A stretch of 64,000 nt of DNA from Squalus acanthias (lineage: Eukaryota): positions 558,001-622,000 of the forward strand of contig JASTWF010000193.1 in assembly GCA_030390025.1 (NCBI GenBank), written 5' to 3'. Numbering within the stretch: the first letter of the stretch is position 1; each line of letters starts with the position of its first letter. The position numbers were made by a program, and so were the translations under genes. Shown piece by piece: positions 51,272 to 62,178 of this stretch. The notes beneath the pieces are model-generated. The model made no database searches and was not told the origin of the DNA. It worked only from the letters and a program-made list of their open reading frames with translations.

Positions 51272-51348
51272 ATTACAATGTTGTTTCAACAGAACCTGAG
51301 AGTTTGAAACGTGAGATTTGCATTGGATCCAAGAAGACGCAGGAATAA
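51272..51348 (+). CDS. MHC class I exon 6 (cytoplasmic tail DYNVVSTEPESLKREICIGSKKTQE*)
   Basis: Strong acceptor (ctaac branch point, pyrimidine tract, tag); phase 1; stop TAA; AATAAA at 51532-51537. Confidence 0.7.
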
Positions 51349-51850
51349 TCATCGTGGACCAATTGCTTTATTACTGAAACAACTCTATTGGCATAAACCT
51401 TTCACCCCTGACTAATGTTTCAGTCACTTTATTAGAATATTACTAACTTGCTTAACATTGAAGGAACTTTGTCAAATCTCATCTACAATTGCACAAGCTG
51501 GCGCTTTAGATATTACATAACAGCGGTGCGGAATAAAGGCACGCCAGGGATTTTAAAAATAAGTTTTGTTACTATTAATACATTCCTAATAAGCACAAAC
51601 TTGATTTCATTTTCAATGTTCTACCCTCATCTCCTGAAAGCTTGGCTCCGACATTGACCTCAGGTAAACCGTCTCCATCTGTGAGCAGAAACAGTGACTG
51701 TGGAAACACTGTTCAATTACTGGAAACACAGCCGAGCCCGATCCTGTCCACACACTCACATTTCACCAGCAGCATCGCCAACACAGTGGTCCGGAGCAAA
51801 TTCCGAGGCCTCTTCTCCTCTGTAACTGAAGGGAGCGAGGCCAATATAAT

Positions 51851-52594
51851 AGCCTGGCTGTTCTGTCGCCTATGACTGCGTACGTGGTGTGTACGTGGCC
51901 GTTCGTGCCTCGCAAGTTCCAGGTTTACACATGGGCTGCGCATGCGTGAAAACCCTGAACTTGCGAACTGTCAAGATTCATGCGCAGGAAATGCACATTC
52001 GTGGGCGGAGAGTTAGCTCTTTGCCCAAATCTTGCTCAGCGAATGCCCATGAAACTCTTATGACTGGTAAAAGCAGGCGCACGGTCTTCTTTTACCAGCA
52101 TAAGGGTGAAAATAAATATTACACATTTTTTTTTGGAATCGTTTTAACATTCCAAAACCTGTAAAATAAGTTTGTGTTATTTTTGGTCCCCTTAGAACTG
52201 TTTCAATTTATATTTCAAAAAATTACATTTTTGTTTTAAATTGAAATTGTTTAATGAAATTGTATTTTAATTAATTTTAAACGTGTAACGATTTTTTTTT
52301 CAAGGTTGTGTACATGTGATTTTCGGTGATTCCTACCAAACTTATCGGGAATCTGTACGTAAATAGAATCTCCATAAGCATAATGGGAATCCCTTTTCGG
52401 ATTGGTTGGGCTGGCCTACGTGAACCCAGGGACGCCTGTGAACCGATTGCGCCCCTGCGATACGTGGTCCTCCAGGCAGGCGTACGGGTAGAGGCCCAGG
52501 AGCGCGAGTCTCCGTGGTTCCAGGTAGCTGCGTAGCTTAATTGCAGTTCGGAGGCATCCGCCTGCGGGAAGCCTCCTACCGCAAATTCAGGCCC
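51851..52594. mobile_element. Harbinger-like MITE, same family as 18943-19708, inverted
   Basis: Right end gaggcatccgcctgcgggaagcctcctaccgcaaattcaggccc is the reverse complement of the 18943 left end. Confidence 0.72.
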
Positions 52595-53105
52595 GGGATC
52601 TCTGCTGCTAACCCTGTGTTTACAATGGGAATGAGTATAAGACGGTTTCGATCACCGGTGGACAATCTGCAAACCCGTTTCAGGCTCCAGCGGCATGTTG
52701 AAAGTTAAAATGTCACATAACTACAAATAGATTTAGGGAATATTTTAAGCGAACTTTCTACGCCGGAGTGGAGTAAAACGGGGAGAATTGGATCGCCTGT
52801 TGTTTATAAACGCCGCCCGAATCTCCTTCCATTGACCTCGCTCCCGCCAGAGGGGAAAGTTCCACCGACCGGGGGTGAAATTCACTTTCAGGCGCGGCGC
52901 AAAACAGGCGGGAGCAGGTCGGCCGCTCATTACACCCCCCCCCCCAACCCCACTCCGACTTTCCTCTCCATTAAACTCTACCGAAAGTAACATCGTGTTG
53001 GGCGAATAAAAGGCGGCTGATCGTCTGCTGCCCGTGTTGCTGAATTAAGATGGAAGCGAGTCTCAATTCTCTGTAGTCAGTTCTGGTTAGACTCAGACCT
53101 TTCAA

Positions 53106-53995
53106 TTATTTCCTTAACTTAGTAATTAGAGACAGGGGATATTGAATCAGAATCTTTAACTCCTCTCTGAATTTAGTCTGGGACACTGCATAAATAATGG
53201 TATTTGTGCAGGAACTCAAATGTTGCAGCATATATCCAGTTTGTTCCATGATGGTGAAAGGATTACTGTAATCTGTGTGCAAATATTGAATTTCTGTAAT
53301 TTGTGCACAGATATAATGAATAAAAGTTACCGTCCATAACATTATAAAAGTGCCAGATATGACAAGCAGTAAAACGATGGATTTCCTGCGGTTGTCCATT
53401 TCTGGGTCACTGTCGCTGCTTCGGAGACCCCTCCTGATTCTACTTGTCAGAAGAATGTGCCGGATGGTGAGACCATTGAATATCAGAATCAAAAGAAACG
53501 GAATAAAAGGCATTAAAACTATGTCAAGCCATATGAATGTAACCCATATAGGTACAGTATAGGAGCTTGATTTCACATCACAGAACCACGGTAAATTGTC
53601 AATTATTACGCGAGGTTCTAAAGTAAAGTAAATGGGGATGTTTTCCAAAATGCTCAGCCCCGATATGGTTGCTACAACCACCGCCGCAGTTTTTTCGTTG
53701 CAATATTGAGTCCTTATTTTCTGGCAACAGATGGCGACAAATCGATCAAAGGTGAAAGCGACAGTTAACCAGACAGAACATTCAATAGAAGCAAAAATCA
53801 GGAACAAATTCATACTGCAGACCGGAGTGTAGTCCAGGAATGAATCCGGGAAATAAATCTCATTCATCTCATACAGGACCACATCAAATATCAGGACCAG
53901 TAGATCGGCCGCTGCCATGGCTACCAGATAAATAGTGATGCATTTCGAGAGGCCGCACTTTCCCCGGGAGAGAATCACAATGGCAACCAAGTTTG
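53106..53995 (-). CDS. GPR139/GPR142-like class A GPCR copy 2, exon 2 (intact)
   Basis: Acceptor tttgcag at 53996-53997; 890 nt open frame; LVAMAAADLLVL, SVWLTVAFTFDRF, WFC, SSCTNTIIY; with exon 1 gives 960 nt, 319 aa. Confidence 0.93.
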
Positions 53996-54642
53996 CTGCA
54001 AATAGGGTCGTGGGGGGAGTGAGGAGAGGGTTGGCGGTTGGTTGGGTGGGGGTTGGAGGGGGGGGGGGGGTTGGTGTGAAAGAAATCAGGATTATAGACA
54101 TCAATAGAAATTCGAACAACAAAGTCGTGTGATAATTTATGCTGATTTACAAATCACTCAAATCATTCACTGTCTGTGCCACGTTAAAGTGGAAATCCTG
54201 AGGACACATAACTATGCATCCATCCACGTCACATAATTTATTGCCTGAGTTACCTCAAAGGAAAACTATAACTTGTGAAATTCGGTAACTTCTAGAGTTT
54301 AATTCAATTATTTGGCATTAAACTGTGCAGACAACTTTAGACATAAATCAGTGAACACACATAGTTTATTACACGAAACGTACAGATCGATGGTTTATTT
54401 ACAGATTACATCAATGATACTGTAAACCAGACATTGAGACGTTTTTTGCCTTTGCCGCCAATAACTTTCTTTATTTTGATTTGGACGTGTAATCGTGTAA
54501 TAATGTTAATCACCACTTAACATTCAATCCTGTATTTGAAGCAAATACATTCAAACAGCGTGCTGGGTGGTAACCTAGTGTTACACCCCTATAGTGATCA
54601 GCGAGAGCTACGTTTCTCAGTGATACAGTGTTATGACCTAAT

Positions 54643-55111
54643 GAAAGAAGCAAGAAAGAAAGACTTGCATTTATATAGCGCGTTTCACCACCACCGGACG
54701 TCTCAAAGCGCTTTACTGCCAATGAAGAACTTTTAGAGTGAAGACACTGTTGTAATGTGGGAAACGTGGCAGCCAATTTGCACACAAACAGCAATGTGAT
54801 AATGACCAGATCATCTGTTATTTTGTTATGTTGATTGAGAGATAAATATTGGCCAGGACATCGGGGATAACTCCCCTGCTCCTCTTCGAATTAGTGGCCA
54901 TGGGATCTTTTCCGTCCCCCTGAGCGAGCAGACGGTGCCTCGGTTTAACATCTCATCTGAAAGGCGGCACCTCCGACAGTACAGCACTCCCTCAGCACTG
55001 CACAAGAACGTCAGCTTAGATTTCTGTGCTCAAGTCCCAGGAGTGGGACTGTGAACCCACAATCTTCTGGCTCAGAGGCGAGTGCGCTGTCCACTGAGCT
55101 ACAGCTGACAC
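54643..55111 (-). mobile_element. Full-length tRNA-derived Deu-type SINE (SacSINE1/AmnSINE-like)
   Basis: A box tagctcagtgg; B box gggttcacagtccc; 3' tail ctatataaatgcaagt(cttt)n. Confidence 0.82.
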
Positions 55112-57148
55112 TATAATGTGCTATCAAAATATTTCAAACTGGATTGGAGGGCATCGACACATTGCCCCAGTCAGCCCGCTCCTCACCTCGGCAGCGGGAT
55201 TTCCTGTAATGTATCAGATTTATTCTCCATAAAATATAGTACATTGTAATTAGTAGAAAGCTAGGTATTCAGTTATGACCTGTATAAATACTTTCATCAC
55301 TTTTCAACAGTTAGTTCACTTGCAGTGATGCTGCCAAATCTAAAAAAAAATGGAGCGATTGTTAAAAGCACTAGTGATGGGACACGGATTGCTGGCGCTG
55401 CATCGGCGGTGCGCAGGAAGCACATTACTCCGAGTTTGCTGCAGTGCAATGGCCCACACTGGTTAGTATTGGGGAGTCTTCGGCAAACTGTTGTTTCTCA
55501 TCTACCCTGAAAATTATAAATACTGCGAGCTCGGCATTATCTGTTCACGGTGGGATTTCAGCACTCGGCTCGACACAAGAAGTCGATTTTGAACTATCAG
55601 TGCTAGGGCCAAATTAATGATATCGGTGGGCCGCCCGTTATACACTCCTCCTGTTCCTTCGTTTCACTGAGGTCTAAGTTAAACTTACCTACAGGAGGCT
55701 GGATTTTATTCTTAATTAGGGTCCTTTTTGGGTAAATACTCAGGAAAATGGAGCAGTGAGGGTCCCGCTTCTACTAAAGCGGGGGTGGAAACCACTTGCA
55801 TTGTGTGGGGTAACTTTAATTTTGGACCGCAGTGTAAAATGAGCGATATGGAATTCACCGCCCATTATACGCCAGGCCTGATTTCCCTATCGTTTGAAAT
55901 CGATGGAAAGGAAAATCGGGTAGGACCTATAATTAGCGGTCAATTCGATATCACCCATTTTACATTATCACCCAAAGTCAATAGTACACCCACTGTCCGC
56001 AACATTTGACCCAAAATCGATCCCATTTTATCACCAGCTCTATATAACGGTGATATTACCTGCCGACTGTTTCCCTGAGGCCACCCCACATTGAGCAGCC
56101 CGTTATGTTTGCTACAGCTGAGGTTTGCTTTCACTTTGCCTGCCTGTTGATTTTAACTTTTTGGTTCTCTGGAGGTTCTTTCTAGACTTTTAATGCTCCT
56201 TTTAGTCAGCTCCGCAGAATGTACAGTATTGGGCTGGACACATGCATTTCCCAATGGGAATCCCACTATTCCCATGTTACGAGGAGGAGATAGAACAGGC
56301 CAGTTTGGAGTCTCTTGTAATGAAGCAGCATCACAAAGGAATGTTTCTACAACCTCCTGCAGACAAAATCCAAGTCAATGCAAAGGGGAATCGGGCGAGG
56401 TGTATAATGGGCGGCCCCTCCGGTATCACTCATTTTACACTATCGCGAAAATTAAAATGCCCCTTTGTGGCGTTAGGACCACCACACCGCAAACCCGCCA
56501 GTGGGTGGAGAAACCCCGTCAAAACACTTCTCACCCTGACTTCAACCAGCAACAGCTGCACAGGTACATCTGAGAATCTGAGCGCCTTCTTGCTGTTGAC
56601 CCCCAGCCCAGAGCCTCCGGCCCCTTCAAGGTACTCGGGCAGTTGTGCTTCCTGCAGCTCCAAAAGTGATGTCCCTCTTTAATTGGTTTCAACCTTTTAA
56701 AAGTTGCATCACAACTAAATGTCGCTCTTTCCCAGTAGTGGGGCCTAGTAAGGAGTTGCGTTACCCCTCCTAAGCATTGCATCGCTAATGAGGGCTCCAG
56801 GAGGAAACTTCAGCGGGTTAGTGTTGGGAATGCCGTGGGTGGGCGCCTGTCTTGCCTCCCCTCCAACCTGCCAACAAGAGGACTATTCAGCACAAAATTA
56901 CAGGAGAATAAAATCGGCCAGAATGCTGATTTTGAAAGTTCAGAGACAACTGTAGTTTCCATGATGTAATTCATTTAAAACAGCATTTGGGGAAATTAGT
57001 GCGTTTTTCATCTAACTGATCCATTAAAAGTAGCTGTAAAGCAAATAGATCAGAATGATCAGATGGCATTATCAGATACACAGAAAGAGCAGTAAAGCAG
57101 CAGTTAAACACTGGCAAAGATAAACAATAACTGAGAATACTGACTTAC

Positions 57149-57218
57149 CAGGAACACCAAGCAGCGCGAGAATAGGGTAGTAAATTTCTTCTATCTGTGC
57201 AAGTATTGGACTTTCCAT
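57149..57218 (-). CDS. GPCR copy 2, exon 1 (MESPILAQIEEIYYPILALLGVP)
   Basis: ATG at 57218; 70 nt; G|gtaagt donor; in frame with exon 2. Confidence 0.92.
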
Positions 57219-57284
57219 TTTCTGTGAGAAGCGACTTAGCCTGTTATTGTTAACGACACACAGACGAGATATGTTCAGATGAAT

Positions 57285-57352
57285 CCCTCATATATATCTG
57301 AAAGAGGTCTCCTGAGACAATTACATCACACATTAATCGACATTAATTACAG
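57285..57352 (-). promoter_or_regulatory. Putative core promoter of GPCR copy 2 (TATA plus homeodomain/Ebf-like composite)
   Basis: Minus strand reads TAATTAAT..TTAAT..TAATTG-TCTCAGGAGA-CCTCTTTCAGA-TATATATG; conserved with 3770-3836. Confidence 0.62.
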
Positions 57353-57869
57353 CTATTTGAATAAGCATATTAAGTACCTGTACTTGGGACAATATTGATT
57401 AGGGGATACTTTCTATCCCAATGGTATTGCAAACATCACAATAAAAACAGCTCGAATGTCATTATGATTATTTTTAGAATATAGTCTTTGTAAGATGTAA
57501 ATTATGTGGTGCAGATCCTTCTGGGACTTGAGCATTCACAGTTGTTGTTTGTGGTGCAGTAATAATTGGTGCCGTCGGCAACAACCTCACATCAGAACAA
57601 TGAACAGAGTAATCCAAAACTGGGCTTGACTTTGCTAAACATTAAAGCACCGAGTTTCTTTGATGGTATGTTTCTTTTTGTGTTTAATAAATACAAGCTT
57701 TGCATTTCTTGATCATCCCCTTGAATTGTAATGTTAAACACATATTGAAAAAAGACATGTGTGCGTTACAGTTTCAAGTTGTCTTCATCTTGGTGATGAA
57801 GGTGAGGGCTACTGGGGCTCGGGATTGGATCCCTTCTCATTTCACGCACCCATTGTCAGCCCGAATCCC

Positions 57870-58175
57870 TCCCAGGTCAGATTTCTGCAGAGCAAAGCAC
57901 CGCGGTACACACAGACACCCCAGACAGGAGGGTATCCTGGCAGCACCATTGTGGCAGGTTCCCCTTTCCTGGTCGAGCCATCAGGTCACCTCTTTCAGTG
58001 GAATTGCCGATGAATTGGCGTCACATTTCTGCTATATTCCTGACCCCATGAGGAACCTGATGGACTCATTTCACATAGAACGCGTGCAGCTAGCACATAT
58101 CAGAGAATTTCACTCCATTAGACCGGCTGATTAAACCCAGATCACCGAGGTGACAGGCCAGTGTCTAATCACTGT
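57870..58175 (-). mobile_element. Ancient tRNA-derived SINE, LF-SINE-like
   Basis: Minus strand ggcctgtcacctcggtgatctgggttt...ctatgtgaaatgagt resembles the LF-SINE head and body as I recall them. Confidence 0.45.
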
Positions 58176-58529
58176 TCCACTTGTATTTTTTTATATCTCT
58201 GATACCGATAACCATCTCCATGACGATTACATTTGCAGCAACAGCCTATAGATGCAGCAATGAAATTGTCCCTTCATAATTATATTGATTCTTTTCGTGA
58301 ACGGACAGTATGAAATATTGTGAATAAAATATGAATTATTGACTTTGTTTAATAACGAATTCATCATTGAGTGTTGTTCAGTAGATTACGGACTTAAATA
58401 CCCACAACCAACTTCAGTAATTTGCCATTGCTTTAGCCGTCTTGTTTTTCCTCAATTCTCTACCCTGATTGTGCCCTATACTTTCTCCTTTTCCGATTCC
58501 TAAACATGGCAGGAAATTATGATTCTGCC

Positions 58530-59058
58530 TGTGACATAAGATAGGAGTAAACTTGTGTAAGAGTTAAAAAAATTGATTGTAATAATGTAAGGGCAAATCA
58601 GTTGTAATGTTTAAGATTAGTTGAACTGCTTAAAGGACTATAGTAAAGGTCAAAGTGTCTCCTGAAGGCATGGAGACAGGGGTATAATTAAATAAAGACC
58701 AACTTGCTTAGGCTGCAGTATAGATATTTGTAAGAATGAAACCTCGCAGCGCAGATGGCTTACAAAAAGCAGAAGTAAAGGATAAGTTTCGCTAACATTG
58801 TAAAATTCTAAACAAGTTGTTTTTAGAGACCATACGAGTCGCTTATGATGTAATGACTGTGCTGATGTTTATATTTTTTGGCTTTTGGAAGTGTATAAAG
58901 GAGCGTGGCTGCCATTGTTAGATTGAAAAGTGGGTCATGAGACCGCAGGCTGTGACGCTTCTCCCAGAGCACTCTGAATTCTCCCGGAGCGCTCTGAATA
59001 ATAAACGGTGAACTTTTGCTTTTAAGACAGACTCGAGTGAATTAATTTTTCACCAACA
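58530..59058 (+). mobile_element. 5' LTR of an ERV-like element
   Basis: TGT...ACA ends; TATAAA at 58894; AATAAA at 59000; PBS follows after 2 nt. Confidence 0.8.
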
Positions 59059-59060
59059 AT

Positions 59061-59078
59061 TGGCGTAGTCGGCAGGAT
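59061..59078 (+). promoter_or_regulatory. Primer-binding site complementary to the tRNA-Ser 3' end
   Basis: TGGCGTAGTCGGCAGGAT is the reverse complement of ATCCTGCCGACTACG-CCA, the 3' end of vertebrate tRNA-Ser(AGA-type). Confidence 0.9.
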
Positions 59079-62000
59079 GCTCTGGGACTGAAAGACCGCC
59101 CGTACCAGTGAAGCCAGACGAGAAGTCAAATTTTGACCGTCCAGAAATTGAATCGCTTGGGACGGCGGAGAGGCAGTTCCATAGCATCACGATTCAAGTG
59201 AAAGTCTGTTGGAGGTATGAGAACACAGTTGTGTGAGTGTGGATCATGTGTACTAAGGGAACACTGTGTAGCGATAAATGTCACGAAGGTATGAGTAATT
59301 GACTGATCGACACGGACAAGGAGGGCGCCTGTCTCACACACCTAGCCTGAGCCGGAATTAAGAGGGTGATTGGGCCCCACGTAATGGCCAGGATCAAGTA
59401 GGCGTAGAGAACCAAAGCACCCTGGAATCGTGAAGTCAATAAATATATGTGTGTGTGCTGTGACTACGTAACCGCTTAAAGTGTTTTAAGGTATCAAGAA
59501 CTAACCCGATTAGAGGAACTCAGTATTTGGTAAGACTGTAAGTTGGACTATATATGGCGTGGTAGAAAGAAATAGAATAGGGACGAATGGTGCCCTTACT
59601 ATGTTCTATGCAGACGACCAGAAGGGTTTAGTTGATAAGATGATGAAGGAGGGGTGGGACCCGCTCCAGAATCCGAAGGTAAGAGAGAGTGGTAGAGGGT
59701 CAAAAACAGAAAAAGACGAAAAAGGCGAGGGTAATACTAGTAAACCAAGTAGTCGCATTAACAAACAAGGTACAACGACTCCACACTAAACTTGCAAGTA
59801 ATAATGAAAGAATTCTAGAATTAGAACAAGAGCTATTATTACACAAAGGAGGTTGCAAGTACGGTCTCACTCTGCGGGAATGAGGAAGAGACGTACCCCT
59901 GACAACAATTAACCAAGGGAAGATGATTAAGAAAGGGTATGAGTCAGGAAACAAACCGACATGGAAGTTATTAATATTTGTGCCGAGACAAATAAAACTC
60001 AAGATTTGCTAAGTGACAGCAACCTTAAAAAATTAAAAAATGCTGGGATCTCAGTTTGTATAAAAGTGTGTATTAAAGAGTGAAAGTTTTCCTGACTGTG
60101 AATGTTTAAGAAGTCACAGTATTTCTTTTGTCTAAAAATCTGTCTTTAAAAAAACGGAAGTCAGTTTTGTTTTAGCTCCACCCACTCTTTTGTACAGAGA
60201 GCTAAAAGCTGTTTAACCCTTTGAAGACCTGTCTTGAATGACGGACAAGTGTGTTGTTTTAAGTTTGTTAATTGTTTTACAAAAGATAAGCTTCAGCCTT
60301 GAAGTCACAGTTGCCAACGTGCCTGGAAGAAAATGAATTTGAATGTTTACAAGGCATGAGTAATTGTGTCTTTGTTAGTGTGTTTTTTTCATTTCCAAGT
60401 GATACTGGTTAGTTTAAAAAAAAACTGATCTGGATTGAATTGGAGTTAGAGCTGAATTAACCTATTAAAACCAGACTTTCATTGTGGCCACGGTGAAATT
60501 CTGGTTGGTGTAAATTTGTGTATAAGATTGTGCACCCAGAATTGAAACAAAACTTCAAACTACAATTTAAGTTAAGCTGGTGTGTAAAAACTGAGAAGAA
60601 AAACAAAAAGTTTGTTTAACAAAAGATTAAGTTTCAGTCTAAGATTTAACCTTGGAGTCGTGGTTGCTATGGTGGAATCCTCCGAAGCAATTTGTTTAAA
60701 TGTGAAAAAAACTAATTTTTCTCCAGTTGTAAGCAACAACTTTAGTATGGCTGAACGAAATTTAAAGATATTGGACGTTATTAAATTCAAGTGTCTTAAT
60801 TTTAAGTTAGTATTTCCCCACAGTGATGGAAGGAAAATTAAGATTTGATAAATTAACCCCTTGGGCTCTTAAACAGAACTATATCAGATTGCCGAAAAGT
60901 AAAGTGGGAAACAATCCTCTGACCAAGGGATGGATCAGTATTAATACAAAAACATACTGGAATAAACCCAGCATCCGGATTATTAACAGAAGGAGTTATA
61001 TGACCTACATTGGAAAGGCAGTAAAACATGGAAAGCTAATAGCAAGGTTAGTTAAGGCGACACAGGCACCTTTAGAAACCGCGGTAATTAAAATAAAGGC
61101 CCACACGAAGGTAGACATGGACTCATAGGAGCCTCAGGATCAGGCTCCCATAGGGAATCGGTATGCAGATTTGGCCGCAAAACTAGCCACGTTTAAACAC
61201 GAGATAAATATGGTCATGACAGCCAGTGGGGTACAGGAAGTGAATATAGTGGAGGTACAAGAAAATACTAGTAAAGAGGAAAAGGAGAGATGGAAACAAG
61301 CTGGCGCACAGTTACGAGATGGAATTTGGAGATGGGGCCCACGAAACCAGGTGGTGACATCGGAATGTTGTAGACAACAACTGATGGGGCTGTACCATGG
61401 TGTAACACATACCGGCAGAAGTAACATGTTGCACCTACTGACACAGTACTGGTGGTGGCCAAAGATGGGTCGAGAGGTGGCGAAGTATTGTCACCGTTGT
61501 ATAATATGCGCTAAGAATAATGTAGGACAGAGATGCAGAGTTAGAGTAGCAAACTAACTGTGATATGTAGAGGGATGTCCCCGGACAGGATGGGCAGTAG
61601 TAAATAATCAGTTGGAAACAGAAATGTCGGGAAGGTTAGACGGAAGCTTGTCGGCACAAGTAGCCGAGATAGTAGCGTTAACAAAGGCGCTAGAATTAGC
61701 AAGGGGAAAGACAGTAAACATCTACACGGATAGTAGATATGCATTCGGAGTGGTACAAGATTATATGACAGCTTGGGGGAGAAGGGGGTTTGTGACAACC
61801 GGAGGGGATCACATAAAACACCAGCAGCGAATAGAGGCCCACTTGGAAGCCACAAAAGCCCCAGCACAAGCTGCAGCAATAAAAATTAAAGCGCACCAGA
61901 AGATACAGAATCAGGAGCAAAAAAGGGAACCAGGCCGCTGATCTAGCAGCACAGCGAGCTCTTGAACAAGAAATGGTTGAACGGAACGTAGCTAGTGCAC

Positions 62001-62178
62001 AGATAGAGGAAATAGATATCAGTAAATTGCATGCAGATGCCCCAGAAGACGAAAGACAGGAATGGTACCGAGTAGGGGGTAGACCAGTTGAAGAGGCAAT
62101 TTGGTGAAAGAATGGAAAGGTGATAGCCCCCGCGTGCATCAGACAAACACTTTCAGAACTACATCATGGAAGCGCCCA
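59079..62178 (+). mobile_element. ERV-like internal region: gag-like coiled-coil remnant, then RNase H / H2C2 Zn finger / RNase H / H2C2 Zn finger; interrupted by CR1
   Basis: AVIKIKAH..GNRYADLAAK; HGVTH...WWWPKM...CHRCIIC; SAQVAEIVALTKAL..VNIYTDSRYAFG; ELHHGSAH. Confidence 0.85.

Noticed and set aside
53996-54122. Pro-rich N-terminus of the 338-aa ORF
   Set aside because: Intronic read-through; the real N-terminus is exon 1 at 57149-57218.
55030-55111. tRNA gene
   Set aside because: A and B boxes belong to a SINE head; no cloverleaf or terminator. The tRNA-Ser match at 59061 is a PBS, not a gene.
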